From contig MU054400.1 of NCBI GenBank assembly GCA_013239625.1, positions 2,950,282 through 3,014,281 on the forward strand: DNA of 64,000 nucleotides. Reading direction: 5' to 3'. Position numbers and translations under genes: made by a program. The stretch's first letter is position 1. Each line of letters starts with the position of its first letter. Source of the DNA: Lama guanicoe (Eukaryota). This document shows, piece after piece, positions 1 through 14,344 of this stretch. The notes beneath the pieces are model-generated. The model saw nothing but the letters and a program-made list of their open reading frames with translations. It was not told where the DNA came from and did not search any database.

Positions 1-689
1 TAGCCATACAGTGAAGCGAAGGAGAGGAGGAAGTTTTTAATGGATGAGATTTTTCAATAGATTTCTGGAAGAGAGATGGTGCAGGGTTGCCATGTTGATG
101 TATACAACATAGTGGAGGAAACTTCAGCTCAGAATATGCTCTTCAGGGTCTGCAGCGGAGGCAGGAGTGCCCTGTTTGGTGGAACCTGGGGTGGCTCCAG
201 GCTTGGGGCCAGCAAGTGCAGCAGGTGCAACAGAAGGAAGCAGTGGGAAAGGGCTTAAACAGGGGAGGGACAGCTGCATTAGTAGTGCGTACTCCCACCT
301 CGGGTTGTGCAGAGAAGCAGACTGCCCGTTATTTATCCTCATACCAAAAAGGGAATCTAAAACACTTCCGTATAGAAACTGCAGACTGTCCTAGAGGATG
401 AGGGCTAATGATACGGGTATTGGAGCCCCAGAGTAATCTCTTTACTCTGGCATGTTTATACTCCAGCTGGATGCTCCACTCTCTGCCTATCCCATCTATG
501 GCAAAGCCTTCCAATCTGTGTGTTCCACCAATGACCCAATTCCTGACCAGACTTCCCAACTGAAATCAGAATTTCCTGACCTAAGAGCACAAGAAACCCT
601 TATTAGCTACCGAATCTTTCTTTCTTAAATAGAAACAGGATTCGAGATCCACTTTACCTGTGAGGACAATAAACTTCTGAAAGAGAAGA

Positions 690-1290
690 TCCAAAGAGAA
701 AAACTGACCTTGGAGGGAACAGAAATATTTTTAGGAAGCAGAAGAAAATTCAAAAGAAAAAAAAAAGTCTTCTCTGATTTGAGATTTTCTACACATAAAT
801 CAAAGTTAGGTAGCCATGAAAAAGGAATTATAAGATAAGGAAATCATAAAAATTGAATCATAAAAATTAAATATATGATGGCTGAAATCAAAGTTTCAAT
901 CACAGGTCTGAAAGATAGTTGAGAAAGCTTTCCAGAATAAAGAGCAAAAAGGGAGAGATAGACAGTCCTGGAGAAGAAGAGAAAAGAGAAATAGGTAACC
1001 AGTTCATGAGGGAGAGTTCACACAATCCAACTGTACCATGAGAGGTGGCATATGATTATTAAGATATCCAGATAATAGCGAGAACTGGGAAAATGGCAGG
1101 GAGAAAATGATCAAAGAGCAAAAACAAAGACGATTTCCCAGTGTTGAGGAAGCACCCTGGACCTCAAATTGAGAGGCCCTATTAGTGCCCGCAGGATAAA
1201 TGTAAAACCTGTCTGCTTGAATTTGATGCTGGAACAATCTTGACACTAGGAGAGAGAAATCTTTGATCTTGATGCTAGGAACATCCTTCA
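690..1290 (+). mobile_element. Old, degenerate L1/HAL1 ORF1-like fragment
   Basis: A-rich, purine-biased strand with motifs resembling old L1/HAL1 ORF1 (e.g. gggagaaaatgatcaaagag...gatttccca...aaattgagaggccc). Boundaries approximate. Confidence 0.4.
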
Positions 1291-4200
1291 AGTGGCTCGG
1301 AAGTTGTCTGCATGACATGAGGCATGTGGAAATGCAAACGCAGTCCTGACACCCACTGAGCCTTGTAGTATACGGTATTTAGCTGTTCATAGTAACATGA
1401 ATTCTGTGTATTGCTTTTCAGTTTTTAGAAGCATAAGACACTTTGTTGTATCATATTGTCAACTGAATGTGTATAATAATATTATTGACACATCTGTGGT
1501 AAAGATCAAGCTCAAACAATATACCCCAGTATGTGAATGGGGTAGAGGGAAGATGGGGGGGCTAATGTGTTCATCATATACAGAAGAGTGTCAGCATACT
1601 GGCTGAAATAGAGGTATCATATGATAGAAAATCAATAGAACACCTAAAAATTAATACAGCACCCAATTACTGGAAGAGGTAGGAGACGGTGTGAGCAAAA
1701 TCCTCTTCTCACATAGTGGAGAACCAGTAAGTGCCTTCAATTGGGAAAACAGGAACGGGAGGCATATAGCATATTAATTGCAGTTATGGACATCATCCCT
1801 AGAAAACCAAAATCCAAATTGTATTGGTTGCCCAGGAAAGGAGGACCAAGGACAGGGAGAAACATGGAAGGATACAGTTTTTTTCTATCTCAAGGCTCTT
1901 GGTTTGTTACTATGTGCCTGTATTGCTTTCCTTAATGTTTTTTAAACATTAGAAGTGACGGATTCTCTCCTAACATTCAGAGGTTCTGTTTGTAAAGATA
2001 CAACCTAATGTCAAGCCACATGGAAAAGCTGACATTTGTCTTGCTTGGACCTGCACAAACGGAAATTTCATTTGGCTCAAACTGAATAGGTTTCAGATTT
2101 TGGACTTTGATGCAGATGTGTCTTAACATGAAGGTCCGGTACATGACCAAGTCAGTGACACCCTGGCAATTTGGAAATATCATAATTCATTACATTCTAC
2201 AATGCTCTTCTTTCCAACCAACATTTCAAGCCCTGCTCAACTTACCAGGGAAAATTGAAAAGGCACACCTTCCAACCCCAAACTCTCTATTCAAAGAATT
2301 TACTTTTTCTTTCTAAATACCCTCAACCCTATATTTTTAACACCTGTCCTGGTCGCTTTTACATCCTGCCTTTTACAACTGTTATCTGTGTACTCTGTGT
2401 CTCATCTCCCTATAAACCACTCTTCCTTTACGGGAAGGATTTGTGTTCTGTTGGAAGAGACTGCATGGTTTTGACACCAATCCCAGCTGTGTGGCTTTGG
2501 GCAAATTACTTAGCATCTCTAAGACTCACTTACCTTATTCCCAAAATGGAGACAGTGATGTCTCTTCCTAGGTCCAGCAGGATGTCTGAATAAGAGATTG
2601 TGTGTACAATCCTGACATGACACCACATACACAGCAGACATGTAGTTAATGACCACTGGCTTTCTCTTCCTTTAGTCAACTTTGAACCTCCCACAACATT
2701 GAACACAATTCTTTACACTTAGATGCTTGAAAGGGGAAATGAGGAAGAAAAAAAAATATGATGGATTGAAAGATGCTGAAGTATTGCAAAATCCTTTAAG
2801 GGAAACAAACATTAGCCCTACCTTTGACAATATAAGTTCTCCAATAATCACACTGAAGAAGACATACCATAGTTTCTAAATATGCAAAGTGCATATTAAT
2901 TGGTCAGAAAACCATCCAGAGATGGAAACACTTGGGAGGCACCCCACAATCTTGTCCGTGGCCTTATGTCTTTCATTCACCACATATCATTGATTATGAG
3001 CTCTACTGAACATTGCCTTTCTGTGGAATTAGAGCAGAGTCTACAACCTTTGAGAACAGCCCAGAAACTGGCATGGAATTCCAGACCTCAGAAGGTGTCC
3101 AGCCCACTGGCTTCCCACTGCTTTTAGGCTAAGCACTTATCCCTTTCTCTTGTGTTCCAGAGATTTCCTCATAAAGACCCCAGCCTGCTTTTCTGGAGTT
3201 GGCTCAAGGACCCCACGGAGCCTGGCCTGAGTGGCCTGCTTGCACAGCCCTTGGCTGGCCTCGCTCATCACCGCTTATCCCATTCCGATCATATTGTTGT
3301 TATGTCTGCGTTTCTCTTACCCAGTCCCACCCCCTCACCAGAGTGTGCGCGCGGACAAGATACTCAATGCATTTATGCTCAGATAAACTGTTCACAATTA
3401 AGACCCAGGTTGGGAAGGCCCCCGAATGTACACTGGTGTGTTGTGTGCTTTGCAAAATATCCCCACCAAAGACAGAAGACTTCTTTTACAGTGGGAGCAT
3501 TCATTTAGACGTACTTCGATAAAGACCAATTAACATGAAGAAGTTAATTAGGAAAACGTTGTGGCTACAAGCTTAAAATTATTGAAGGAAGGAAGGTTTC
3601 TGTTTGGAGGGCACAGGCGTGGAGGATCCCAAATGATAGAACAGATACCAGCATAGAAACCTCTAATGGAGTTTCATGCACACAGCTTGGCGGTGGGGAG
3701 CAGGGTGTTAAAGGGGTGTTTTCCATCCTCGGGAGCAGGAAGAGCTTTAACGCTTAGGGACACAGGGTCAGAGAGGTAGACAGATGATCCTGTCTGGCCC
3801 ACCTGCCAGGATCTTGTGCAATCACTCTGCATAATTACTCTTGAAAATACAAACATTGCTGGGGCTGACTGACAAGTATTGTTCCAGCAGGGAGGGCTGT
3901 CAGGGCAAATCAATCCAATTCCACCACATGCCAGGGCGTAGAACAGATATAATTTTGGCTGTTAGGGGCTGTCAAAGCGAAGGATGTGCCGTATGTGTAT
4001 TTTGAAGTGTGGTGTTCCCTCCAGTCTCACAGCTTGAAAGATTCCTGGGGCTTTCCCCCTCCCTGGCTGTTCTCTGCAAGAACTTTTGGGAATTTAACTT
4101 CAGATCACTCAAGTCCTTCCTCTAGTGGAATGTGCAGGTGAGACTCAGCCCATCCCTGCCTCCCCCGCCCCCATAGCTGCTCTTCTCCCATTCAACATAG

Positions 4201-5875
4201 GGTATTAAAACTTGGTTTAGGAGGAAAGGGTCCTTTGCTGCCCTTGGATGTTGTATGGGGCATCCGAGTAGGTACCTGGAGCCCTCCCAGCAGCACAGAG
4301 TCGCCTTGCAAGAGTCTGTCTTGTGCATCACTGGACCCAATGCCAGGCTTAGCCCAGAGGTTCACACTGGGCCCCTTGGGGGTCCCTGAAAGCCCGCTTC
4401 CTCCTTCAGTGGCCCAATGCTGTGACGAGCATCAGCGTGGAGACCCTTAGAAGGTGCTTCACTCAAAGCCTTTCCTCTCTGTTTCAGAACTTCCCTGCAT
4501 CCCCCACCCCACTGGCTTCTCAGTGGCTTCCCTGGGGATCTCTCCCACCAGTTTGCTTTTCCTTCCATCCTTCTCTCCTTCCCTGCTTCCTTTCTTTTTC
4601 ATGTATTTAATCCCTTACTTTCTACTAATCTCCTTAACTTAAAAACATCTTCAAATCTCTCCCTCCTCCACCAGCCCCCACTGCTCATCCTCTTGAGCCA
4701 CCATGCCATCCCTAGACCATCCTGTCTGTCCCTGCCCCGTCCCCACTCCCACTTGCCCCTGACCTCCCACTCATACAGTTTCTACCCACTGCCTCCAATT
4801 CACTGCCCACTTACCCCTCTGCCCCCAGAGGTCTGGCCTCTGCTCTTTTAATGGCCATCCATGGCTCTTTCTCCTGTCTATTTCGGTCTGTTCTCAGGCT
4901 CCTAGTTCTCTGTCTTTCCCTGAAAACATCAGGATTAGTCCTCAGTGACATCCTCTGTTCCCTTTGGGGTCATCGGCTTGACCTCAGCCTTCCAGGGGTC
5001 TGTCATCCATGTGCACTCAATGGCCAAGGGGCTGGAGAGGGAGGATGGGTAGGTACCTGCAACGCAGCATGGACCTCAACAAGAAAAAGATCTAGAGTTC
5101 TACCTGGACCAGCCTCTCTGCCTCCAGTTTTACAGCTGCCAGAATAATCTAATTTGTCCTCGTCATTCTTCCTCCATGCTCTAAAGTCTTCATAGCGCTA
5201 TGTAAGACTTAACATAGAAAACAAAGGCACGGGCTCACTGATGGTGGAATGTGTGTACTGGAGCAGACCTAACATGCTGTTTAGTCCAAACTCCTTCATT
5301 TAAACATGATGAAATGAGGGCAAAGGGCACTGAAATCATTTGTCCAAGAGTCCATACATACTAGTGCTTGAACTTGTTTAAACTATTTAGTGAGGTGTTC
5401 AAGCCCTCTAGGAGCCAACCTCACCCTCCTTTTACTGCATGTCACCTGCTCTTTCTCTTCAGGCCAGGACAAGGTCAATCACAATTTCTTAAACAACACT
5501 CTGGCCGTCTCCTCTTCCTCAGCCTTGCTTTTCCTCTCTCCCCACCTTGTATGCCCTTGTGTGATCATATAAAGTACTCTTTCCCACCATCCTCATCTCT
5601 TGTTCAATTACTCATCTATTTTTGCATGTTCATGTTATTATTTATTCATAAAATAGTATTGATTGCCTAATATGTTCTAGGCCCAGCAGTGGGTGTGGGA
5701 AATTGCATCTATTCTTTAACCCTGTCCCCAAAGCATTCTTGAGTCAGCCCACAGACATTGCTTTTTATGCCATTATGATACTAAGCGCTGTGGACTCGTG
5801 CAATATTTAACTGAGGGTGGCTTTTGTGTCATATGTTTATTTCTTGTTGAACTCTGCCATCAGAAATATTCTTGG

Positions 5876-7460
5876 ATCTATAGATTTAATGAAATCCCTA
5901 TCAAATTACCCAGGGCATATTTCACAGAACTAGAGCAAATCATAATAAAATTTATATGCAACCACAAAAGACCTAGAATTGCCAAAACATTACTGAAGAA
6001 AAAGAAAGAGGCTGGAGGATTAACTCTCCCAGACTTCAGACAATACTATAGAGCTACAGTCATCAAGACAGCATGGTATTGGTACAAAAACAGACATATG
6101 GACCAATGGAACAGAATAGAGAGCCCAGAAATGAACCCACAAACTTTTGGTCAACTAATCTTCGACAAAGGAGGCAAGAATATACAATGGAATAAAGACA
6201 GTCTCTTCAGCAAATGGTGTTGGGAAAACTGGACAGCAGCATGTAAATCAATGAAGCTAGAACACTCCCTTACACCATATACAAAAATAAACTCAAAATG
6301 GATCAAAGACTTAAACATAAGACAAGATACAATAAACTTCCTAGAAGAAAACATAGGCAAAACATTATTTCACATACATCTCAAAAATGTTCTCCTAGGA
6401 CAGTCTACCCCAAGCAATGGAAATAAAAGCAAGAATAAACAAATGGGACCTAATGAAACTTACAAGCTTCTGCACAGCAAAGGAAACCATAAGTAAAACA
6501 AAACAACAACCTATGGAATGGGAGAAAATTTTTGTAAACAATGAAACCGACAAAGGCTTGATCTCCAGACTATATAAGCAGCTTATACGACTTAATAAGA
6601 AAAAAGCAAACAACCCAATCCAAAAATGGGCAGAAGACCTAAACAAGCAATTCTCCAAGGAAGAAATACAAATGATAAATAGGCACATGAAAAATTGCTC
6701 AATATCACTAATTATCAGAGAAATGCAAATCAAAACTGCAATGAGGTATCACCTCACACCAGTCAGAATGGCCATCATTCAAAAGTCCACAAATGACAAA
6801 TGCTGGAGAGGCTGTGGAGAAAGGGGAACCCTCCTACACTGCTGGTGGGAATGCAGTTTGGTGCAGCCACTGTGGAAAACAGTGTGGAGAACTACTTCAA
6901 AATGACACCTGCACCCCAATGTTCATAGCAGCACTATTTACAATAGCCAAGACATGGAAACAGCCTAAATGTCCATCGACAGATGACTGGATAAAGAAGA
7001 GGTGGTATATTTATACAGTGGAATACTATTCAGCCATAAAAACATAACGCCATTTGCAGCAACATGAATGTTCCTGGAGAATGTCATTCTAAGTGAAGTA
7101 AGCCAGAAAGAGAAAGAAAAATACCATGTGAGATCACTTATATGTGGAATCTTAAAAAAAAAAAAGAACATAAATACAAAAAAGAAACAGACTCATAGGC
7201 ATAGAATACAAACTTGTGGTTGCCAAGGGGTCGGGGGGTGAGAAGGGACAGACTTGGATTTCAAAATGTAGAACAGACAAACAAGATTATACTGTATAGC
7301 ACAGGAAAGTGTGTACAATATCTTGTGGTAGCTCACAGCGAAAAACAATGTGACCATGAATATATGTATGCTCATGTATAACTGAAAAATTGTGCTCTAC
7401 ACTGGAATTTGACACAACATTGTAAGATGACTATAACTCAATAAAAAATGTAAAAAAAAA
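5876..7460 (+). mobile_element. 5'-truncated young LINE-1 (ORF2 C-terminal part, 3'UTR, poly-A), camelid-type, with TSD
   Basis: ORFs 5798..6496, 6417..6905 and 6793..7047 translate to L1 ORF2 ([12 protein letters not shown]...[18 protein letters not shown]...[19 protein letters not shown]...[23 protein letters not shown]). AATAAA plus A-tail near 7440-7463. TSD AAATATTCTTGG (5864-5875) / AAAGATTCTTGG (7461-7472). Frameshifted near 6410 and internally deleted near 6890, so inactive. Confidence 0.95.
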
Positions 7461-8094
7461 AAAGATTCTTGGGAAACCACTATTTACTTGACAGATACGG
7501 TTAAGGACGTTGATCTCCTATGTAAAATCCATTCGATATATTCCTTTCAAAACTAAATACCATGAAGAATTTTACTTACCTCAAGGAATTTCTGTGCTGT
7601 TACTTATGGGTAGTCAAAATTTTTATAAATTACTGTGTTTCCCTTCTGGCTTCTGCTGCCAGGAAGCTCAGAGTCAAATTCTGACTTCACTTGAGTAGCT
7701 ACATGGGACCCTAGTGTCTGCACGTTTGCATGTCTGCTTAGCATCTTGTTTTAGCCTTCTTTTCTGTTTTCTCTGACTTGAGTTCTTGTTTAAGTTTTTG
7801 TTTTCCCTTGTATGATCATATAAAGTACCTGAAATCTTTTGTGAAGGAAGCAAAGCTGTACGTAAAAGTTATAATGGGGATAAGCATATGTGGTTTTTTT
7901 TTGCCCTTTTAGGTTGTGAGTTCCTTGAAGACAGAGATTATTTTGTGCATTCTTTTTACTAGGCCCTAGAAAAATGCCTGGGCTAGAGTAGGTCATTCAT
8001 AAAGTTTTGCTGAACCTAAAAAGTAGACCCATGACTCTGTAGGTGGGCAAAGTCAAGCTTACTTTCACTGTCTCTTACAAGAAAGCAGAGGAAA

Positions 8095-8300
8095 GGGAAA
8101 GTGTTATAGTGGAAAAAAAATTCAAACTCAGCTACCAGTTGTACCAACTTGGATGCGTTATTTAGGACATATGACCCTCTTCTTTTTACTTCAATGTGGA
8201 AATGGAGATAAGGATACCCCACTGGATTGCTATGAAGATTGATAACCCTTGTCAACCTCTCGGCACATTTTCTGGCCCATAATAGCAATCAGCACATGTT
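8095..8300 (+). mobile_element. MIR SINE remnant
   Basis: MIR core-like motifs (ttcaaactcagct...ttcaatgtggaaatggagataaggatacc...tgaagatt...tggcccataatagcaatcag). Many more MIR fragments occur (about 2460, 9060, 13070, 25080, 30170, 32130, 47550, 48900). Confidence 0.55.
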
Positions 8301-10315
8301 AGGCCCCCTCTCTTCCCTCCCTATTTCCTCATTTCACGGGAAATTGCACTTGGAAAAGGATAAGTGGATTGCTCTATGACCACAAGTTAGTCAATTAATT
8401 GTGGTGTCATCTGCAAAATAAATGTGACTATTGACCTCATTCAGAGGGATATGAAAATTAATTGATGGTAATGCACATTGGGATTTTTTTTTCCTGGAAA
8501 GTGCTTAAGAATGGCTCGGTATTATTACGTGTTCTATTTCATCATTAATATTATTTATGAATATTTGGCTTTGTCTTGTCCCAGTGTGTTTTACATCTGT
8601 GGTCTGAATTGCATTTATTTTCAGTTTCATCCTGGCTTATATCTTAATTAAAAATATAGATGAAATTCTAAAACAGAGTTCCCGTCCTTCATACAGTTTT
8701 ATTTTTACAAGGTGGATGATTTTATGTATTTTGATATGCTCCCTAGGAAGTAGACATTAAGGTTTTTAGTAAGTAATTTTTGTTAATTGCATTTGAAATC
8801 AAGCTCAAGCATTTTTCAAAGTATTTCACCTTGACATCCTGCTTTTTGCACTCATATTTTATGTTTATTGGCCATTTTCTAATGAAATTCTTCATTATGA
8901 GATACTTGATCTGTTTCAGATGAGAAACGTGAATGCTTCAAGTATTTCTAGTTGAAGAGATAATTAACTGAATGATATAGCTGTTTTCACTTTGAAGTCA
9001 GGGAATGCTCACCGCCTGCAGTCTTGAATAAGGGCTTGTGTTAGAGGCCAAGGGTCACTCTTACAAGAGTCAGGGATTTGAGTCCTAGCTCAGTCACCTT
9101 CTAGCTGTGTGGCCCTGGGGAAGTCACTTCACCTCTCTGAGACCCCACTGGCTGTCAAACATGAGGGAGTCAGCCTCGGTGATCCTGAACTTCTCTTCCC
9201 ATCACAGCATCTGGTCCCTTGGGATGGAATCACTGAGGCAGGCCCTACATTTAGGTCTGTAGGGAGACAGAGAGATTGCTCCTAATACAGAACATTGCTT
9301 CTGGGGTGTGTTACTTTTTATCATCCTGCTCAAAACTTTAAAATATCTTTTCCTTTTACTGCAGATCATTTAATACTTGGCATTTATCAGAGACTCAATA
9401 AATATTTCAAGTGAAGTTCCATGTGTTGAGCAGAATAGGTCCAGGGGCCAAGCATTTCTCGGAGAACCCCATCACTGAGGAAATGGGAAGGGTATATTTC
9501 CTATTTCAACCTTAAGTGGGTAGGGTTATATTTATTTATTTGTTTTTTAGTTTTAGAGTTAGCAGTAATGAATGGAGACATGGATTAATACTATAGCCTG
9601 TCTGTATGTATAGAATATCTGCTTCTGGGAGATATTGATACCAGAAATTTCATTTAAACCAAGCATCTCTATAAACTACTGAAGCTACTTTGTGACAAAA
9701 TGCATTTTTCAGTGGCTGCAATGTGATACTAACACAAAACTGGAAATCTCCTCAGTTCTGGTACTCATGAAGCAAATGGCCAAGGGCACCAAATTTCAAC
9801 TCTGGAAAATTCCATTAATGATGAAGACATCAGACAGTTTTCAGCCCCTTGTCTCAATTCCTACTGCTGCTCATCAATTTCTCCCTGATTCCGCAGAGTG
9901 ATGGATCTGCACGATAATGTAATTGCACGCTTTGTTTTGACCGTATGAACATACACAGATCAGTCTGCAGACCACAGGACTTTGGCGGTGTAGTTCCTGC
10001 ACCACCCACACCTCTTCTTGATATTCTTTTTTGTTTGTTTGCTTTTTGGCAAGGTGAATTTCAAAGAGAAACCTTTCATGTAAAACTCTTTTTAAAAACA
10101 TCAACTATTGTTTTGAGTTTTCCTCCAAATCTGGGAAGCCATTTATGGTAGAGTTTGGGCTTTAATTTTTTTTTTTATTCGTTATTCATGTTGGCTTTGA
10201 GGTTGTTTTACCCAAGTCTCCAAAGTTAAAAGCAGAGAATTGACTGACTTTAGAGAAATGAAGCATGTAAAAATTTCAGCATGCCTACCCAACAGCTTAC
10301 TTTTCATGGAATATC

Positions 10316-10487
10316 TTTTAAATTTGAAATATAGTTGATTTACAATGTTGTGCTAGTTTCTGATGTGGAGCATAGTGATTCAGTTATATATATATATATA
10401 TATACTTTTTTTCTTTTTTTTTTCCACTGTAGTTATTACAAGCTATTAAATAGTTCCCTGTGCTATACAATAGGCCCTTGTTGGTTA
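10316..10487 (-). mobile_element. Short L1 3'UTR-end insertion (laurasiatherian/artiodactyl type) containing (AT)n
   Basis: tgaaatatagttgatttacaatgttgtgctagtttctg...agtgattcagttatatata...tagttccctgtgctatacaatagg is the typical antisense L1 3' terminus. Imperfect flanking repeat TCATGGAAT (10304-10312 / 10490-10498). Confidence 0.75.
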
Positions 10488-11878
10488 CATCATGGAATCT
10501 TTAGACTCACTTCACTCAGGATATTTTGTATAAAACAAATCCAAATGTTCACAGGGCCCTTTAAGGCAGTGTTGTTCAAAGTGTTCGTCCACTATGAGAT
10601 GGTCCGGAATATGAATCAGTGCATTACTTCCTTCATTAAGAATGTCTTGCTTCCAGAAAAAGTCAGCTTAGTGCCGTACAAACAGCCAGACCAAACCTCC
10701 CAGTGCCTGGCCTCTTAGCTGAACTATCGAAAGACATAGGGCAAATGGCAGGCCAGTGTTTGTACAGCTTGGGCAAGGGACTTCCCTCCTCTGTGCCTGG
10801 GGCTCTGAGATTGATGGCCCCAACAGAGTGGAGAGGGGAGCTCCGTAGGTGAGAGGAGGGGCCAAGATGCCAGCAATGAGAGGGCAGACGTGGTACAGGC
10901 TGATGGCTCCCTAAAATGGATGCTTTCCGAGGTCTGGGGCTCCAGCAGGAGATGGGGAGTAATGGTCAGAAAACGGCCCACAGGCCTTGAAGTACTTTGG
11001 GGTGACGGGTGGGGATGGCGGTTTGAGAGAGCTGCAGGGGCGAGGCATGGGTGTCCTCAGGCGTAGCCAAGGTTTTATTTGCTTCGAGGAGGTAGGAGGT
11101 AAACAGAAGTTTAAGGAGAGATCAGGGATACAAGGAGCTCGTGGATGACAGGGAGGGAGCCCAGAGGACCTGTGGGAGGGTTTTGAGGGAGGTGGTGGGG
11201 CTCAGCCTGGGGCACTTACAAGCAATTTGAGGGTGAGAGGCTGCCCTGACAGAGTGCTGAGGACTTCCTGTGGTGATGGAGGGAAACAGGGAACGAGGCA
11301 GGCTGGGACAAGTCCTGATGTTGTCCTGGAAGAGAATGGAAAGAGATTCTGTCTCGAGCATGTGATAGCTTCAGAGCAGTCGGTCTCCTACTCCTGGCGT
11401 CTCGGGGGAACTGGGCTGCTTCGTTGCCTACAGACCCAGTAGGGCTGTTGCCAGTTAACTGAAATAACATTACTAAACAGTACTTGTTGTTTTTACTATC
11501 ATTTGGTACATTTTTCAACAAATGTTTAGATAGTACCAGCTGTGTGCAAAGCACTGTGAGGCCTGTCAAGAGTGCAAATACAGACACAAAATTGCTACCT
11601 GTGCCCCTAAGCGGCTTCCAGTCTTAGAAGAGAGAAATTCATTCTGTTTAGAGGAAGTACTTTGGCAAAAGGCCACCATTCATGTAATCTATTATATTGC
11701 AAACTAACAGAGCAAATGAATGCAAAATAACCCGTTTCTTAATGATGCATTTACCCCTTTTAAACTTAACATGGAAAAAATGGTCTCATCAATTTTAATT
11801 TTGAAGATGATGAAATGGTGGCTTTATCCATAGCTTTAGAAACTTATTTCCCACCAACGTTGTTTTTACAGCTTGGGA

Positions 11879-12045
11879 AAGGAAAAAAGGAAGGAAGGAA
11901 GGAAGGAAGGAAGGAAGGAAGGAAGGAAGGAAGGAAGGAAGGGAGGAAGGAAAGGAAGAAAAGAAACTGAGAGAGAGAAGGAAAGAAAGAGAGAGAGAAA
12001 GAAAGAAGGAAAGAAATGAGGGTGAGAGGAAAGGAGAAAGGAAAA
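11879..12045 (+). repeat. Polypurine microsatellite with a pure (GGAA)13 core at 11889-11940
   Basis: Read directly; explains the low-complexity minus-strand ORFs (PSFLPSFL...). Confidence 0.95.
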
Positions 12046-12469
12046 GTGCAAATTTAATGCAAAAAAAAAGGTTAAATACTTGCCTTAGTCTCGTTAGAGT
12101 GTAAAGTAAATCAAGTGGCAATTTCATTCTCAATGAACATGTGACAACCTAAGGAGTTAAATATTAGATTTAAATAGGGCAGCTAATTCTCTGCAAGAAT
12201 TACATTTGTCTCTTTATATGGGCACTCTACCTAATGAACACATTTCTCTCCTCTTAAATTCAAGCGTTGCTCCTGGAGCATGAGAAATTAATACACATTC
12301 TTATATTCATTAATAATGTTGCTCATAAAAGACCTTTTGATTTTTACCACCCTGAGTTCCCAGAGGCCCAAGAAAGCAGCCACAGCTCCAAACCACATGA
12401 ATTATCAGGGGGAATATCCTATTAAAGCAAAACCTTAATCACCGGTGGCATTTTATATCAAGTTATGTC

Positions 12470-12910
12470 TAAAAGGAAACTGTATAACATATCCATCAAC
12501 ACAGAATGGATAAATAAGTGGCGTTACAGTCCTTCCACAGAATATTATAAAGTAGGGAAAGCGAAAGAATTACTGCTGCACAGAATGTAACTCAATCTCA
12601 GGGACATTGTTGAGTGACAGATGCACAATGCGGAAGAAGGCACGTGGTATGATCCCATTTACATAGACTCAAAACAGGCAAAGCCCAGTGGCCTCTCATT
12701 GGGGAGATGTCATTGGTAGCAAACCAAAAAGGAAATGATTAGCACAAAATTCAAGATGATGGTTTTCCCTGGGAGGTGAGCAGGAAGTGGATACAACTGA
12801 GAAAGAACAGTGTTGCTTCAAAGTACTAGTGATACTCTGTTTCTTAAATGGAATGTGGGTCCACGAGTATTCATTTTATTGTTATTATTAACACTGCACA
12901 GATATGCTTC
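12470..12910 (+). mobile_element. Old L1 (L1ME/L1MC-like) 3' fragment
   Basis: atatccatcaacacagaatggataaataagtgg... and ggtatgatcccatttacatagactcaaaacaggcaa motifs typical of old L1 3' ends. Confidence 0.6.
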
Positions 12911-14056
12911 ACATTTCTTTTGAACTTTTGAGAATTTGAGCTAGCCTTTGAGGAGTGAACTAAGCAGAGAGAAAGCTGGGGAGCTATTTTTACTTCTTCC
13001 TTTATTACTTACCTATTTCTGTTTCTCTTGTCACACTTAACACAACCTACAATTGAAAAGACATTTTGTGGTGTAGAAGAAAAATCAAAGTCTGGATTCA
13101 GACAAACCTGAGTTCGAATCCCAGGCCCTCCATTCCCATGCTGAGCATCACTGAAATTCCTGCTGACTCAGTTTCCCAGGGTCTAAAATGCAGGGAGGAA
13201 TGCTTCACAGGAAACAGAGCGAGCATGATTGGCGACACATTCCGAGCTCTAGAGGGAGTCACAGCCTCTTTTTAATTCTGCCATTCATATCTGAGGAGTT
13301 CAGAAAAGCCCTTTGCTAAGGGATCCAGCACATGATGTGCCGGGTAAAGGGACACAAACTCGCATTGCAGTCAGTCCTCTGCAGGGTCCCCTCGGGCTTC
13401 TCCACTGGCTCCATCCTGAGACCCTGGACCACTCCTGCCTCCTTCCCCAGGAAGGCGTACGAATGGGTGACGTGGACCAGCTGTGCTCTAGAGGAAAGGG
13501 AGCAATGTTCTTCCTTCCCCAGATGCCCCTGTTCTTGTCCCTTCTTGGCTTGGGAGAGCCAAAATTAGAACGTGATCTTAGAAAGGAGTAAAGGAAGCCA
13601 GCCTTTAGCACAGACAGTCTAGACACTAACCGAAAGGAGTCACTGAGATTCAACGATGAATCTCACAATGAGATGAGGACATAGCTTAAACAGCAACGCA
13701 CAGCTCTTGCCTTTTCCCTTTGGGTCCTCTGAGCATCTTCCCTCGGGGGACGAGGCGCCTTCACAAAGACTTCGGGCTTCTTGGCAAGCTCTCTGCCTTC
13801 CCCACTAGACACGTAACTGACAGATACCGGCAAAGCACCTGGCTAGAGAGAGGCCGCCGTTGACATCCATTCCCTTCTCCACTCTCCCCTTTCCTAGTCT
13901 GCAAGGCTCATTAAGGACAGCCAACAGCAAGCTGGTCACTTTCGTTCTATCCAAAACGAGAATTCGACTCAGGAGAGCAAGTCGAGGTGGCCGCCTTCCA
14001 GCCCTTCGGGGTGGGCCTTGAGGATGGACCTGAGCTTCTCCTTCGGTTCTCCGTGA

Positions 14057-14344
<288 letters not shown>

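Noticed and set aside
842..868. Short tandem duplication AATCATAAAAATT x2
   Set aside because: Ordinary slippage micro-duplication within an old A-rich repeat.
5798..7047. 232-aa, 162-aa and 84-aa ORFs as a novel protein-coding gene
   Set aside because: Frameshifted pieces of LINE-1 ORF2 in a 5'-truncated copy with poly-A and TSD.
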